Shown here in pieces: positions 1-8,502 of a DNA stretch of 64,000 nucleotides (position 1 is its first letter; each line of letters opens with the position of its first letter). Location of the stretch: the NCBI GenBank assembly GCA_031551205.1, contig JAVBNY010000001.1, positions 78,319 to 142,318 of the forward strand. Direction: 5' to 3'. Position numbers and translations under genes: made by a program. The notes beneath the pieces are model-generated. The model was given only the letters and a program-made list of their open reading frames with translations. It had not been told where the DNA came from and did no database searches. Source of the DNA: Oscillospiraceae bacterium. Its GTDB lineage: Bacteria; Bacillota; Clostridia; Oscillospirales; JAVBNY01.

Positions 1-1010
1 GTCTGAGAAAAATCCTCTTCCGTCTCGCCCGGAAAGCCTACGATTATGTCCGACGTGACAGTGATGTCCGGCATTTTTTCACGCGCATATCTGATAAGCT
101 CCTCGTAGGAAGCGGACGTATATTTTCGGTTCATCAGGGAGAGTACCCTGTCGGAGCCGGACTGCACAGGCAGATGCAGGTGCCGCGCCGCGCGGGGAGA
201 GGAGGCCATCGCGTCTATAAGCCGTTTTGTCGCGTCCTTTGGATGGCTTGTCATAAACCTTACCAAAAAATCGCCCTCAAGCGAGCAGACCATTGAGAAA
301 AGCTCGGGAAAGTCCGTATCCCCGGCGCCCCTGTACGAGTTGACGTTCTGTCCGAGAAGGGTAATGTCCCGGCAGCCGCTTTCGATAAGCCCGCGCGCCT
401 CTTCAAGGATCTTTTCCGGCGGGCGGGAACGTTCCTTCCCGCGGACGTAAGGCACAACGCAGTAGGAGCAGAAGTTTTCGCAGCCGTACATGATGGGTAT
501 CCAGGCCTTGACACCGCTCTCTCTGAAAACAGGCAAGCCCTCCGGTATATCATCCATAGGCGGGCGCACGTCAAAAACACGCTTTTTTTCCGTCAGGCAG
601 CGGTAAAGCGTTTCCGCCAGCCTTATAGGCGCGTCTGTCCCGAGCACGGCGGTGACATACGGGTAGGATTTTTTTATTTTTTCGGCAATGTGGTCCTGCT
701 GGGTCATGCAGCCGCAGATAATGATAATCTGGTTTTTATTGGCCCTTTTTGTGTGCGTGAGCGCCCCAATATTGCCGAGAGCCCGCTGCTCCGCGTGCTC
801 ACGCACGGCGCAGGTGTTCACAACCACGACGTCGGCCTCGGCCTCACTGTCGGTCAGTGCATAGCCCATCTCAATGAGCGCGCCCTTTATCCTCTCGGAA
901 TCGGACTCGTTTTGCTGGCAGCCGTAAGTGTCGACCGCGGCCTTCGGCGAAAGGGCGGTATTTATCTCAGAAACCTTTTTTATAAAAAGGCGGTTTGTTT
1001 CCGTATCCAA
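1..1010 (-). CDS. miaB: tRNA-i6A37 methylthiotransferase MiaB (5' part; runs off window start)
   Basis: Not in ORF track. Manual minus-strand translation from TTG at 1010 (SD GGAGG upstream) gives MDTETNRLF...VDTYGCQQNESDSE, then NTCAVRE, GCM, radical SAM GCENFCSYCVVP and HLPVQSGS. Confidence 0.93.
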   Translation of the reverse strand, partial: MDTETNRLFIKKVSEINTALSPKAAVDTYGCQQNESDSERIKGALIEMGYALTDSEAEADVVVVNTCAVREHAEQRALGNIGALTHTKRANKNQIIIICGCMTQQDHIAEKIKKSYPYVTAVLGTDAPIRLAETLYRCLTEKKRVFDVRPPMDDIPEGLPVFRESGVKAWIPIMYGCENFCSYCVVPYVRGKERSRPPEKILEEARGLIESGCRDITLLGQNVNSYRGAGDTDFPELFSMVCSLEGDFLVRFMTSHPKDATKRLIDAMASSPRAARHLHLPVQSGSDRVLSLMNRKYTSASYEELIRYAREKMPDITVTSDIIVGFPGETEEDFSQ

Positions 1011-1075
1011 TCTATTCCTCCAAAAACATATTGCCGCCTTGGGTGCGGCGAAGATGCCCATCCCAGGGCACACTA

Positions 1076-1104
1076 ATAATATCAAAATAAGGCGCGTGTG
1101 GCAA
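1076..1104 (-). promoter_or_regulatory. sigmaA-type promoter of miaB
   Basis: TTGCCA-N17-TATTAT with extended -10 TG on minus strand. Confidence 0.65.
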
Positions 1105-1229
1105 TAAGGTATCAGGATTTGCCTGAAAAAACAAAAATCATATGGCATTTTCCCCTTGTTGCGGGCGGGGAAATATGATAGTCTCGTGTCAACACTATCT
1201 GTGGCAGCACCACCGAGAGGAGAAATCTA

Positions 1230-2297
1230 ATGGAGAATCATCAAAAAATCGCTCGGGAGCTTGAGGGAAATGGACTCCAGGCAATGCTGCTTACGTCCGA
1301 GGTTTCTCGTTTTTACGCCACCGGCTTTCGTTCGTCCGCGGGCGTAGTTCTGATTACAAAAGAAAAAACCGTGCTGATTACGGATTTTCGGTATATTGAG
1401 GCCGCGCGCGCCGCCGCGGCGGGCTTCGAGGTTATGGAGACCTCCGGCAGGGACGGGTATATGCGACTGCTCTCAGAGCTTTTGTCGGATTGCCGTGCGA
1501 AAGTGCTCGGCTTTGAGGACGCGTGCATGACGGTGTGTGAGCATGAGCGGTACTCTAAAGGGCTGAAGACAAAACTCAAAGGTGCGGGGAAGATGCTTTC
1601 ATCCCTTAGAAGCTCGAAAGAGGAGCGGGAGATATCCTGCCTTAGAGAGGTGCAGGCAATAACCGAGAAGGCTTTATCTGAGGTGCTTCCCCTTATCAGG
1701 CCGGGGATGTCGGAGCTGGAGCTTTCTGCCGAGCTTGTATACAGGCTTTTAAGGCTGGGGGCCGAGAGGCTGTCGTTTGAGCCGATTGTGGTTTCCGGAG
1801 AGAACACGTCGAGGCCGCACGGCGCCCCGTCTGAGAGAAAGCTGAGAAATGGCGACTTCATCACGATGGATTTCGGCTGTGTGAAAAACGGATACTGCTC
1901 CGATATGACGCGCACGGTGGCGCTCGGAGAGGCCGACAGCGAGATGCGCATGGTGTATTCCGTTGTGTTGGAGGCGCAGAGGCGGGGCATTGAGGCCGCG
2001 CGCGCGGGCACCCCCGGCTCTGAGCCGGACCGGGCCGCGAGGGAATTTATATCCGAGAGAGGGTACGGCGGATGCTTCGGTCACGGCTTCGGACATGGGA
2101 TCGGCGTTGAGGTGCATGAGGAACCGTCACTTTCCCCGTCAAACCATGAGCCGCTGCCGGAGGGCGCGGTTGTTTCCGCCGAGCCGGGCATTTATATCCC
2201 GGGCAAATTTGGCGTTCGCATCGAGGATATGCTCGTTTTAAGGCGGGACGGCGCCGAGAATCTGACAAAGGCCGAGAAAAAACTGATTGTGATCTAA
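1230..2297 (+). CDS. pepP: Xaa-Pro aminopeptidase (M24 family)
   Basis: Creatinase N-domain plus DFG..Y.SDMTRT, HGFGHGIG.EVHE.P, EPGIY, GVRIED motifs; usual position upstream of efp. Confidence 0.92.
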   Translation: MENHQKIARELEGNGLQAMLLTSEVSRFYATGFRSSAGVVLITKEKTVLITDFRYIEAARAAAAGFEVMETSGRDGYMRLLSELLSDCRAKVLGFEDACMTVCEHERYSKGLKTKLKGAGKMLSSLRSSKEEREISCLREVQAITEKALSEVLPLIRPGMSELELSAELVYRLLRLGAERLSFEPIVVSGENTSRPHGAPSERKLRNGDFITMDFGCVKNGYCSDMTRTVALGEADSEMRMVYSVVLEAQRRGIEAARAGTPGSEPDRAAREFISERGYGGCFGHGFGHGIGVEVHEEPSLSPSNHEPLPEGAVVSAEPGIYIPGKFGVRIEDMLVLRRDGAENLTKAEKKLIVI

Positions 2298-2304
2298 TTT
2301 ATTG

Positions 2305-2333
2305 TTGCATATTTTAAGAGAGTATTATAAAAT
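2305..2333 (+). promoter_or_regulatory. sigmaA-type promoter of efp
   Basis: TTGCAT-N17-TAAAAT. Confidence 0.6.
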
Positions 2334-2404
2334 AAAGTGTCTTTATTAAGTTGCCGGATCAGCGGGCGAAAACAGCGCGGGATTCCGGCTTTGGAGGTTT
2401 GTAT

Positions 2405-2965
2405 ATGGTTTCGGCAGGAGATTTTCGCAACGGAGTCACCTTTGAGATGGATGGACAGGTCATGCAGATCGTCGAGTTTCAGCATGTGAAACCCGGCAAA
2501 GGAGCTGCCTTCGTGCGCACAAAGATTAGAAACGTAATCTCGGGCGGCGTGATTGAGAGGACGTTTAACCCCTCCGACAAGTTCCCGACGGCTTATGTTG
2601 AGCGCAAGACAGTGCAGTATCTCTATAACGACGGCGATCTGTACTACTTTATGGATACGGAGACATTTGAGCAGTTCCCGCTCAACAAGAGCGAGCTGGA
2701 CGACAACTTCCAATTTGTCAAGGAGAATATGGAGGTCAAGGTTGTTTCTTACAAGGGCAATGTTTTCGGGGTTGAGCCGCCTAACTTTGTCGAGCTTCAG
2801 ATCACGGAGACCGACCCTGGCTTCAGGGGCGACACGGCCACAAACGTTTTAAAGCCCGCCACGCTCGAGACGGGCGCGGTGATCAGGGTGCCGCTGTTTA
2901 TCGACAACGGCGACGTTATCCGCGTAGACACGCGCACCGGGGAGTATCTGGAGCGCGCGAAATAG
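2405..2965 (+). CDS. efp: Elongation factor P
   Basis: [10 protein letters not shown] loop, GDTA, VPLFI..GD.I.VDTR; start moved to the ATG after GGAGG. Confidence 0.98.
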   Translation: MVSAGDFRNGVTFEMDGQVMQIVEFQHVKPGKGAAFVRTKIRNVISGGVIERTFNPSDKFPTAYVERKTVQYLYNDGDLYYFMDTETFEQFPLNKSELDDNFQFVKENMEVKVVSYKGNVFGVEPPNFVELQITETDPGFRGDTATNVLKPATLETGAVIRVPLFIDNGDVIRVDTRTGEYLERAK

Positions 2966-3006
2966 TCTCGCGCCCTCGCAGTCTTAATGTAGAAAGGAAT
3001 GACGCA

Positions 3007-3426
3007 ATGAAGCCGCTTGAGAATGCAGCATACCTGAAAGGTCTGGCCGAGGGCCTTGAAATTGACGGAAAAGGCAAAGAGGGGAAGCTTATCCTCGCGA
3101 TAATCGACGCGCTTGAGAGCTTTGCCCGTTCGATTGAAGACTCTGAGAGGGAGCTTGACGCCGTCAGCGATGAGCTGAGCTTTCTGTCCCAGGGCGTGAA
3201 GGCCATGGGAGAGTATATTTTCGACGATGACAACGACGACGATGACGACGACGATGAGTTTGAGCTCGACGAAGACTCGGTTGAGTATTCCACCGAATGC
3301 CCAACCTGCAAAACCGTCATCGAGCTGGATCTGGACGAGCTTGAGGATGGGAAGATTGTCTGCCCTTCCTGCGGCGAGGAGCTTGAGTTTGAGCTCGACT
3401 GCGACGACGGGTGCGACTGTCACTGA
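3007..3426 (+). CDS. Conserved clostridial acidic protein (CD1247-like N-terminus, Asp run, C-terminal CPxC...CPxCG zinc ribbon)
   Basis: AYLKGLAEGL N-terminus, poly-D, CPTC/CPSC, C-terminal CDDGCDCH; SD AAAGGA. Confidence 0.8.
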   Translation: MKPLENAAYLKGLAEGLEIDGKGKEGKLILAIIDALESFARSIEDSERELDAVSDELSFLSQGVKAMGEYIFDDDNDDDDDDDEFELDEDSVEYSTECPTCKTVIELDLDELEDGKIVCPSCGEELEFELDCDDGCDCH

Positions 3427-3449
3427 TATTGGAATAATCCTAAAAGGCG

Positions 3450-3487
3450 GCCGCTTTGCACGGGTAGCTTTCCGTATGCAAAGCGGC
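3450..3487 (+). terminator. Hairpin after efp operon (possible terminator)
   Basis: GCCGCTTTGCA/TGCAAAGCGGC inverted repeat; weak U tail. Confidence 0.4.
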
Positions 3488-3542
3488 ACCTTAATTATTA
3501 ACGCGCGGCAATCCCGTCGCCGCAGGGGTACGGAGGTTTTTT

Positions 3543-4439
3543 ATGCGCTCGAGGATTGAGGCGCTGAAAGGGCAAAAAAATGCTGTTGTGCTCGCGCATT
3601 TTTATCAGACAATGGATGTTCAGGAATGCGCCGACTTTGTTGGAGATTCCTTTGACCTTTCCAAAAAAGCAAGGGATGCGCGGGAGGATACTATAGTATT
3701 CTGCGGCGTGCATTTTATGGCGGAGAGCGCGAAGATTCTCAGCCCTGAGAAAAAGGTGCTGCTCCCTTCGCCAGACGCGGGCTGCCCAATGGCCGACATG
3801 GTGACGCCGGAGGACGTGAGGGCGCTGAGGCAGGCGTATCCGGACGCGGCTGTCTGCTGTTATGTCAACTCGTCGGCGGCGGTTAAGGCGGAGAGCGACA
3901 TCTGCTGTACGTCGTCTTCAGCCGTCAGGATCGTATCCGCCCTTGAGCAGCGCAGGGTGATCTTTATCCCCGACAAAAACCTCGGGGCTTATGTCGCGCG
4001 CATGGTTCCGGGCAAGGAGATAATACTGTTTGACGGCTGGTGCCCCGTTCATCATCAAACCAAAGCGGAGGACATCGCCGCCGCGAAGGAGGCGCATCCC
4101 GGCGCGCTCGTGCTGTCGCACCCCGAGTGTCCGCTCGCGGTGCTTGACATGTCGGATTTTGTCGGAAGCACGAAGGAGATACTCGACTTTGTCCAAAAAT
4201 CCGGCGGCGACGAGTTCATTATCGCGACGGAAATAGGCGTTGTGGAGAGGATCAGGGCGATGAATCCTGAAAAGCTCGTCTACGTCGCGCACAACAGGTT
4301 TATCTGCCCCAACATGAAAAAGACAAGACTTTCTGACCTGCTTTTTAGCTTGGAAAACGATTATTATGAGATAAATCTCCCGCAGCACGAGCTAGAGGGG
4401 GCAAGGGCCTGCCTGGAGAGGATGGTCTCCGCCGGCTGA
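3543..4439 (+). CDS. nadA: Quinolinate synthase
   Basis: LAHFYQ, GDS, FCGVHFMAE, GCPMA, YVNS, HPEC, CPNMK motifs. Confidence 0.97.
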   Translation: MRSRIEALKGQKNAVVLAHFYQTMDVQECADFVGDSFDLSKKARDAREDTIVFCGVHFMAESAKILSPEKKVLLPSPDAGCPMADMVTPEDVRALRQAYPDAAVCCYVNSSAAVKAESDICCTSSSAVRIVSALEQRRVIFIPDKNLGAYVARMVPGKEIILFDGWCPVHHQTKAEDIAAAKEAHPGALVLSHPECPLAVLDMSDFVGSTKEILDFVQKSGGDEFIIATEIGVVERIRAMNPEKLVYVAHNRFICPNMKKTRLSDLLFSLENDYYEINLPQHELEGARACLERMVSAG

Positions 4440-4466
4440 AGAAGGTGAGAGGGGGAAGGTGGTTTT

Positions 4467-5996
4467 TTGAGGCGTTACGCATTGGATTTGGCGCCAAAGG
4501 GCGAGCTTGAGGTCGACGTACTGATTGTTGGCAGCGGCATCGCCGGTCTGTATACGGCTATGCATATTGACAAGCGCCTGAGATGCGCAATTATCACGAA
4601 GGAAAGCGTCGACATCTCCAATTCATGGCTTGCTCAGGGGGGCATAGCCGCCGCGATATCCAGAGAGGATACTCCGCAGCTGCATCTGGAAGACACGCTT
4701 GTCGCCGGAGCGGGGCTCTGTGACAGGGAGGCGGTGCGTGTGCTTGTGGACGAGGGCCCGGGAGACATCCGCACACTGCTGGGGTGGAACGTGCCGTTTG
4801 ACCTCAACGCTTACGGAGACCTGTCGATTACCAGAGAGGGAGGACACACGCGAAACCGTATTGTCCACGCCGGGGGCGATGCTACCGGGCGTGAGACCGT
4901 GAAGGTTCTCGCCGCGCATGTCAGCCTCAGGGATAACGTGAGGTTTATTCAAAACGCGTTTTTCAGCGATATTCTGACGAATGGGGATAACTGCGTCGGC
5001 GCCGTGATTATCGACGGGGAAGGCGGAGTTTGGTATGTTAGGGCGCCGCATATCTGCATATGTACGGGGGGTATCGGGCAGATATACACGCACTCGACAA
5101 ACCCGAACGTCGCCACGGGGGACGGTATTGCCGCGGCCCTGCGGGCGGGTGCGAGCCACAAAAACCTTGAGTTTATCCAGTTTCACCCGACGGCTCTTTA
5201 CTCCGAGGAGGGCGGGCGCTCGTTCCTCATCTCAGAGGCGCTTCGCGGGGAGGGGGCCGTGCTCCGCAATATCAATGGGGAACGGTTTATGAAAGGTGCG
5301 CACCCGATGGATGAGCTGGCTCCAAGGGATATTGTCGCTCGGGCTATTGTGCGTGAGATGGAGCGCACGGGCGAGAGATTTGTCTACCTTGATATTACGT
5401 GCCACGACGCTGATTTCCTTTCAAAGCGGTTTCCCACGATTTTCAGTGAATGCGAAAGCCGGGGGATCGACATTTCAAAGGACTTTATCCCCGTCTGCCC
5501 GGTGCAGCACTATCTGATCGGCGGCATACGGACAGACTTAAACGGCGAGACGTGCGTCCGCGGGCTTTACGCCTGCGGCGAGGCGGCCTATACCGGCGTT
5601 CACGGCGCAAACAGGCTGGCGTCTAATTCGATGCTTGAATGCCTCGTGTTCGGAAGGCGGTCCGCCATGCATATAAACAACTCCGGCATGGGCGCGCCGA
5701 GCCTTGACTGGAGCGCGCCGCCGCTTGCGGACGCGCCCGGGGGGGATATTGACGATAGCGAGCTGAGGCTTGAGATCAGGCGGATTATGGATACGCGCTG
5801 CGGCGTTGTCAGGACGCTTGCGGGCCTGAAAACGGGGATTTCCGAGATGGGCTCAGTGATTGAAACGCTTGAAGCTTCAAGCCTGCGGAGCAAGACCTCG
5901 CTTGAATGCTACAACATGGCGCTCGTTTCGCGCGCGATCCTGAGCTCGGCGGCCGAAAGGACGGAGAGCGTGGGAGCGCACTTCCTTGAAAGCTGA
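4467..5996 (+). CDS. nadB: L-aspartate oxidase
   Basis: GSGIAG, SWLAQGGIAAA, REGGH, QFHPT, LISEALRGEG, HGANRLASNS. Confidence 0.96.
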   Translation: MRRYALDLAPKGELEVDVLIVGSGIAGLYTAMHIDKRLRCAIITKESVDISNSWLAQGGIAAAISREDTPQLHLEDTLVAGAGLCDREAVRVLVDEGPGDIRTLLGWNVPFDLNAYGDLSITREGGHTRNRIVHAGGDATGRETVKVLAAHVSLRDNVRFIQNAFFSDILTNGDNCVGAVIIDGEGGVWYVRAPHICICTGGIGQIYTHSTNPNVATGDGIAAALRAGASHKNLEFIQFHPTALYSEEGGRSFLISEALRGEGAVLRNINGERFMKGAHPMDELAPRDIVARAIVREMERTGERFVYLDITCHDADFLSKRFPTIFSECESRGIDISKDFIPVCPVQHYLIGGIRTDLNGETCVRGLYACGEAAYTGVHGANRLASNSMLECLVFGRRSAMHINNSGMGAPSLDWSAPPLADAPGGDIDDSELRLEIRRIMDTRCGVVRTLAGLKTGISEMGSVIETLEASSLRSKTSLECYNMALVSRAILSSAAERTESVGAHFLES

Positions 5997-6004
5997 ATAA
6001 GACG

Positions 6005-6034
6005 AAAAGGCCGCCCCAAAAGGGGCGGCTTTTT
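6005..6034. terminator. Bidirectional intrinsic terminator
   Basis: AAAAGGCCGCCCC-AAAA-GGGGCGGCTTTTT between convergent genes. Confidence 0.8.
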
Positions 6035-6060
6035 GCAGTCAAAACGATATATGCCTCGCG

Positions 6061-7464
6061 TCAGGCGTGGGGAATATCCGTAAAAGACGATATCTCCGCG
6101 CTCTGGGTGCAGAGATCCGAGACCTTTAGCTCATGAATATCACTGTGCCCGGAAACGCGGCAGAAAGTTTCGAGCTCGGCCTTTGTTACATTCAAAAAAT
6201 TAAAGAGTCTTTTTGCCGCGTGCTCTACAGACAGCCTCGCGCGCAGCTCGGGATCCTGCGTGGCGGCCCCGACGGGGCAGCGCCCGGTGTGACACTGGCG
6301 GAACTGCTGACAGGCGGCGGCCATAAGCGCGGCAGAGGCGATCGCCACCGCATCCGCCCCCAGGGCGATTGCCTTCACAAAATCAGACGGGACGCGCAGC
6401 CCTCCGGTTATCACGAGCTCGACCGGCGCGCCGGCGAGGAACCGCTTTGCCCTGTGAAGCGCGTATATTGTCGGGACGGCGGAGGCGTCTTTCAGCGTTT
6501 TCGGCGAGGCGCCTGTCGCGCCGCCGCGCCCGTCGATCGTAACAAAGTCAGGCTCCGCGAAGAGGGCAAAGTCAAGATCCCGCTCGATGTGACCGGCGGC
6601 GAGCTTTATGCCGATGGGGCGGCCGCAGGAGGCGTCGCGCAGCTCGGAAACGAGCGTCCTGAGGTCATGCCTTGAGTTTATGCCGGGGAAGCGGGACGGA
6701 CTGATGATATCCTGTCCGAGCGGCCTGCCGCGGATAAGCGCTATCTCTTGCGTCACCTTTTCGGCGGGGAGGTGGCCGCCCATGCCGGGCTTTGTGCCCT
6801 GACCGATCTTGATCTCAACAGCGTCGGAGCTTTTGAGATTCTCTTCTGTAACGCTGTAAAGGTTTGGGACATATTCAAAGATATATCTGTAGGCGGAGTC
6901 GCGTTCCTCCGGGAGGATGCCGCCCTCACCGCTGCACATCGCGGTTTTCGCCATTGCCGAACCCTTTGAAAGTGCGATCTTCATTTCGCGGGACAAAGCT
7001 CCGAAGGACATATGTGAAACGTAAACCGGGGATTCAATTTCAAGCGGCTTCTTCGCGCGTTTCCCTATAACAGTCTTAACGCTGACGGGCGCGTGCTCGT
7101 CAAGCGGGAACGGGTCGAGCTGCGCACCGAGAAAAAGGATCTCGTCCCATGAAACTGTTCTCAGCCTTGTGCCCATTGGCTCAATAATGGGAAACCCGCC
7201 GACGGCCATCGCGTGGATTGTCTCCATGTGCCGATCAAAGGCATCCGATGTCTTGAAAAATTCGCGCGGATATGCGAGCGGATTTTCATCCGCGTCGGGC
7301 AAAAGAGAAGCGCCATTATCCCCAATGTCCTGTTTTCTGCTGAAAAGCGACTTTGGCGCCCCGCAGGACGGGCAGACCCAACTGTCGGGCAGACTGCCCC
7401 ACAAAGCGCCGACGGCCGCCTCGTCGTATTCAAATCCACACATGCCGCAAACATACACAGCCAT
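6061..7464 (-). CDS. Rubredoxin fused to FMN-binding glutamate synthase domain (GltB-like)
   Basis: N-terminal CGMCGFEYD...WVCPSCGAPK rubredoxin; MSFGALS, GEGG, EIKIGQGTKPGMGGHLP, CQQFRQCHTGRCPVG cluster motif. Confidence 0.9.
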   Translation of the reverse strand: MAVYVCGMCGFEYDEAAVGALWGSLPDSWVCPSCGAPKSLFSRKQDIGDNGASLLPDADENPLAYPREFFKTSDAFDRHMETIHAMAVGGFPIIEPMGTRLRTVSWDEILFLGAQLDPFPLDEHAPVSVKTVIGKRAKKPLEIESPVYVSHMSFGALSREMKIALSKGSAMAKTAMCSGEGGILPEERDSAYRYIFEYVPNLYSVTEENLKSSDAVEIKIGQGTKPGMGGHLPAEKVTQEIALIRGRPLGQDIISPSRFPGINSRHDLRTLVSELRDASCGRPIGIKLAAGHIERDLDFALFAEPDFVTIDGRGGATGASPKTLKDASAVPTIYALHRAKRFLAGAPVELVITGGLRVPSDFVKAIALGADAVAIASAALMAAACQQFRQCHTGRCPVGAATQDPELRARLSVEHAAKRLFNFLNVTKAELETFCRVSGHSDIHELKVSDLCTQSAEISSFTDIPHA

Positions 7465-7731
7465 CCCAGTAAACCTCCTCGTCTGAGAGAGTGTTTGTGC
7501 GCAAAAGCATTCACAGGCTCAGACAAAACGTTATTATGGTATTATACCAGTTAATGGCGTGGAAGTCCAGAAATTATAGATGTTTTGTGAAGGGTGTGGG
7601 GCCGTGAACGGGCGCACTTGAAAAGCGTATGTGTCAAGTGTATAATAGTGTATAATAATCCGGTACAGAATCCGGAGGCGTATATTGGTATATTTGCGCG
7701 TGTGCGGAAACGTGCTCGCATAGGGTGAGAG

Positions 7732-8502
7732 ATGAACAAAAACAAGATGACAATTCTGGCTGTTTGCGCCGCGGTGGTCGTATGCGTTTCAGTGCTGACG
7801 AGCTTCTATATGTCCAGTGTGGGAAGTAGGCCGGCCCCGATTGTGCTGCCATCGCCCCCGGAGACGGCGGCCAGCGCTCCGGATGATTCCTCCGATTCGT
7901 CCGGAGGCGGCGAGATTCCAGACAGGCTCGTCCTGACAAGGAAAAACGTGCGCGGCGCTGTGGCCGCTTTGTCGCGCCCTTCGGAATATTCCGCCGAGAT
8001 ATCCGTGAGGCTTTCATACGCCTCCGGCTCGTCCGAATCGGTCAGGAAGGTAAAGCTGCGTTCAGGCTATCAGCACACCTTTGCGGCCTCCGGACTCGGG
8101 GCAGGTAGACATATTATTTCCGGCGGGGGAAAGTCTTTTCGCTGGGAGGACGGGGACACGCATTTTTATGTAGGACAGTCCGGAGGCGTGGATCACGACG
8201 ACGAGCTGTGGATCCCAACGTATGAGGACGTGGCGGATATAAGAGAGTCCGAGATAACGGACGTCGGATACGTTGACAAAAACGGGTACGCCTGCGTGTT
8301 TCTTGCCGCGGAGGAGGCCTCCGGACGAATGAAAAAATTCTGGGTGTCGATTGATTTCGGCCTGCTCGTCGCTTCAGAGATCCTTGACCAAGAGGGGGCG
8401 CAGATCTATTCGATGTCGCTTCTTTCGCTGAGCTTGGAATTGCCTCCGGATTCGGACTTTATGCTTCCGGGGAGCGTGTCGGTGTTTTCGGCGGGGGAAT
8501 GA
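7732..8502 (+). CDS. Membrane-anchored hypothetical protein, possibly LolA-like fold
   Basis: N-terminal TM helix, P/S linker, C-terminal FWVS...GLLV..E...PPDSDFMLP pattern. Confidence 0.6.
   Translation: MNKNKMTILAVCAAVVVCVSVLTSFYMSSVGSRPAPIVLPSPPETAASAPDDSSDSSGGGEIPDRLVLTRKNVRGAVAALSRPSEYSAEISVRLSYASGSSESVRKVKLRSGYQHTFAASGLGAGRHIISGGGKSFRWEDGDTHFYVGQSGGVDHDDELWIPTYEDVADIRESEITDVGYVDKNGYACVFLAAEEASGRMKKFWVSIDFGLLVASEILDQEGAQIYSMSLLSLSLELPPDSDFMLPGSVSVFSAGE

Noticed and set aside
260..1076. ORF-track entries 260..580(-) and 690..1076(+)
   Set aside because: Off-frame or antisense shadows of miaB, which the track missed because it runs off the window.
3223..3256. GAC/GAT trinucleotide run
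   Set aside because: Encodes the poly-Asp tract; not an array or contingency repeat.
7638..7658. Tandem AGTGTATAAT x2
   Set aside because: Only two copies, overlapping a likely -10 box; not CRISPR-like.
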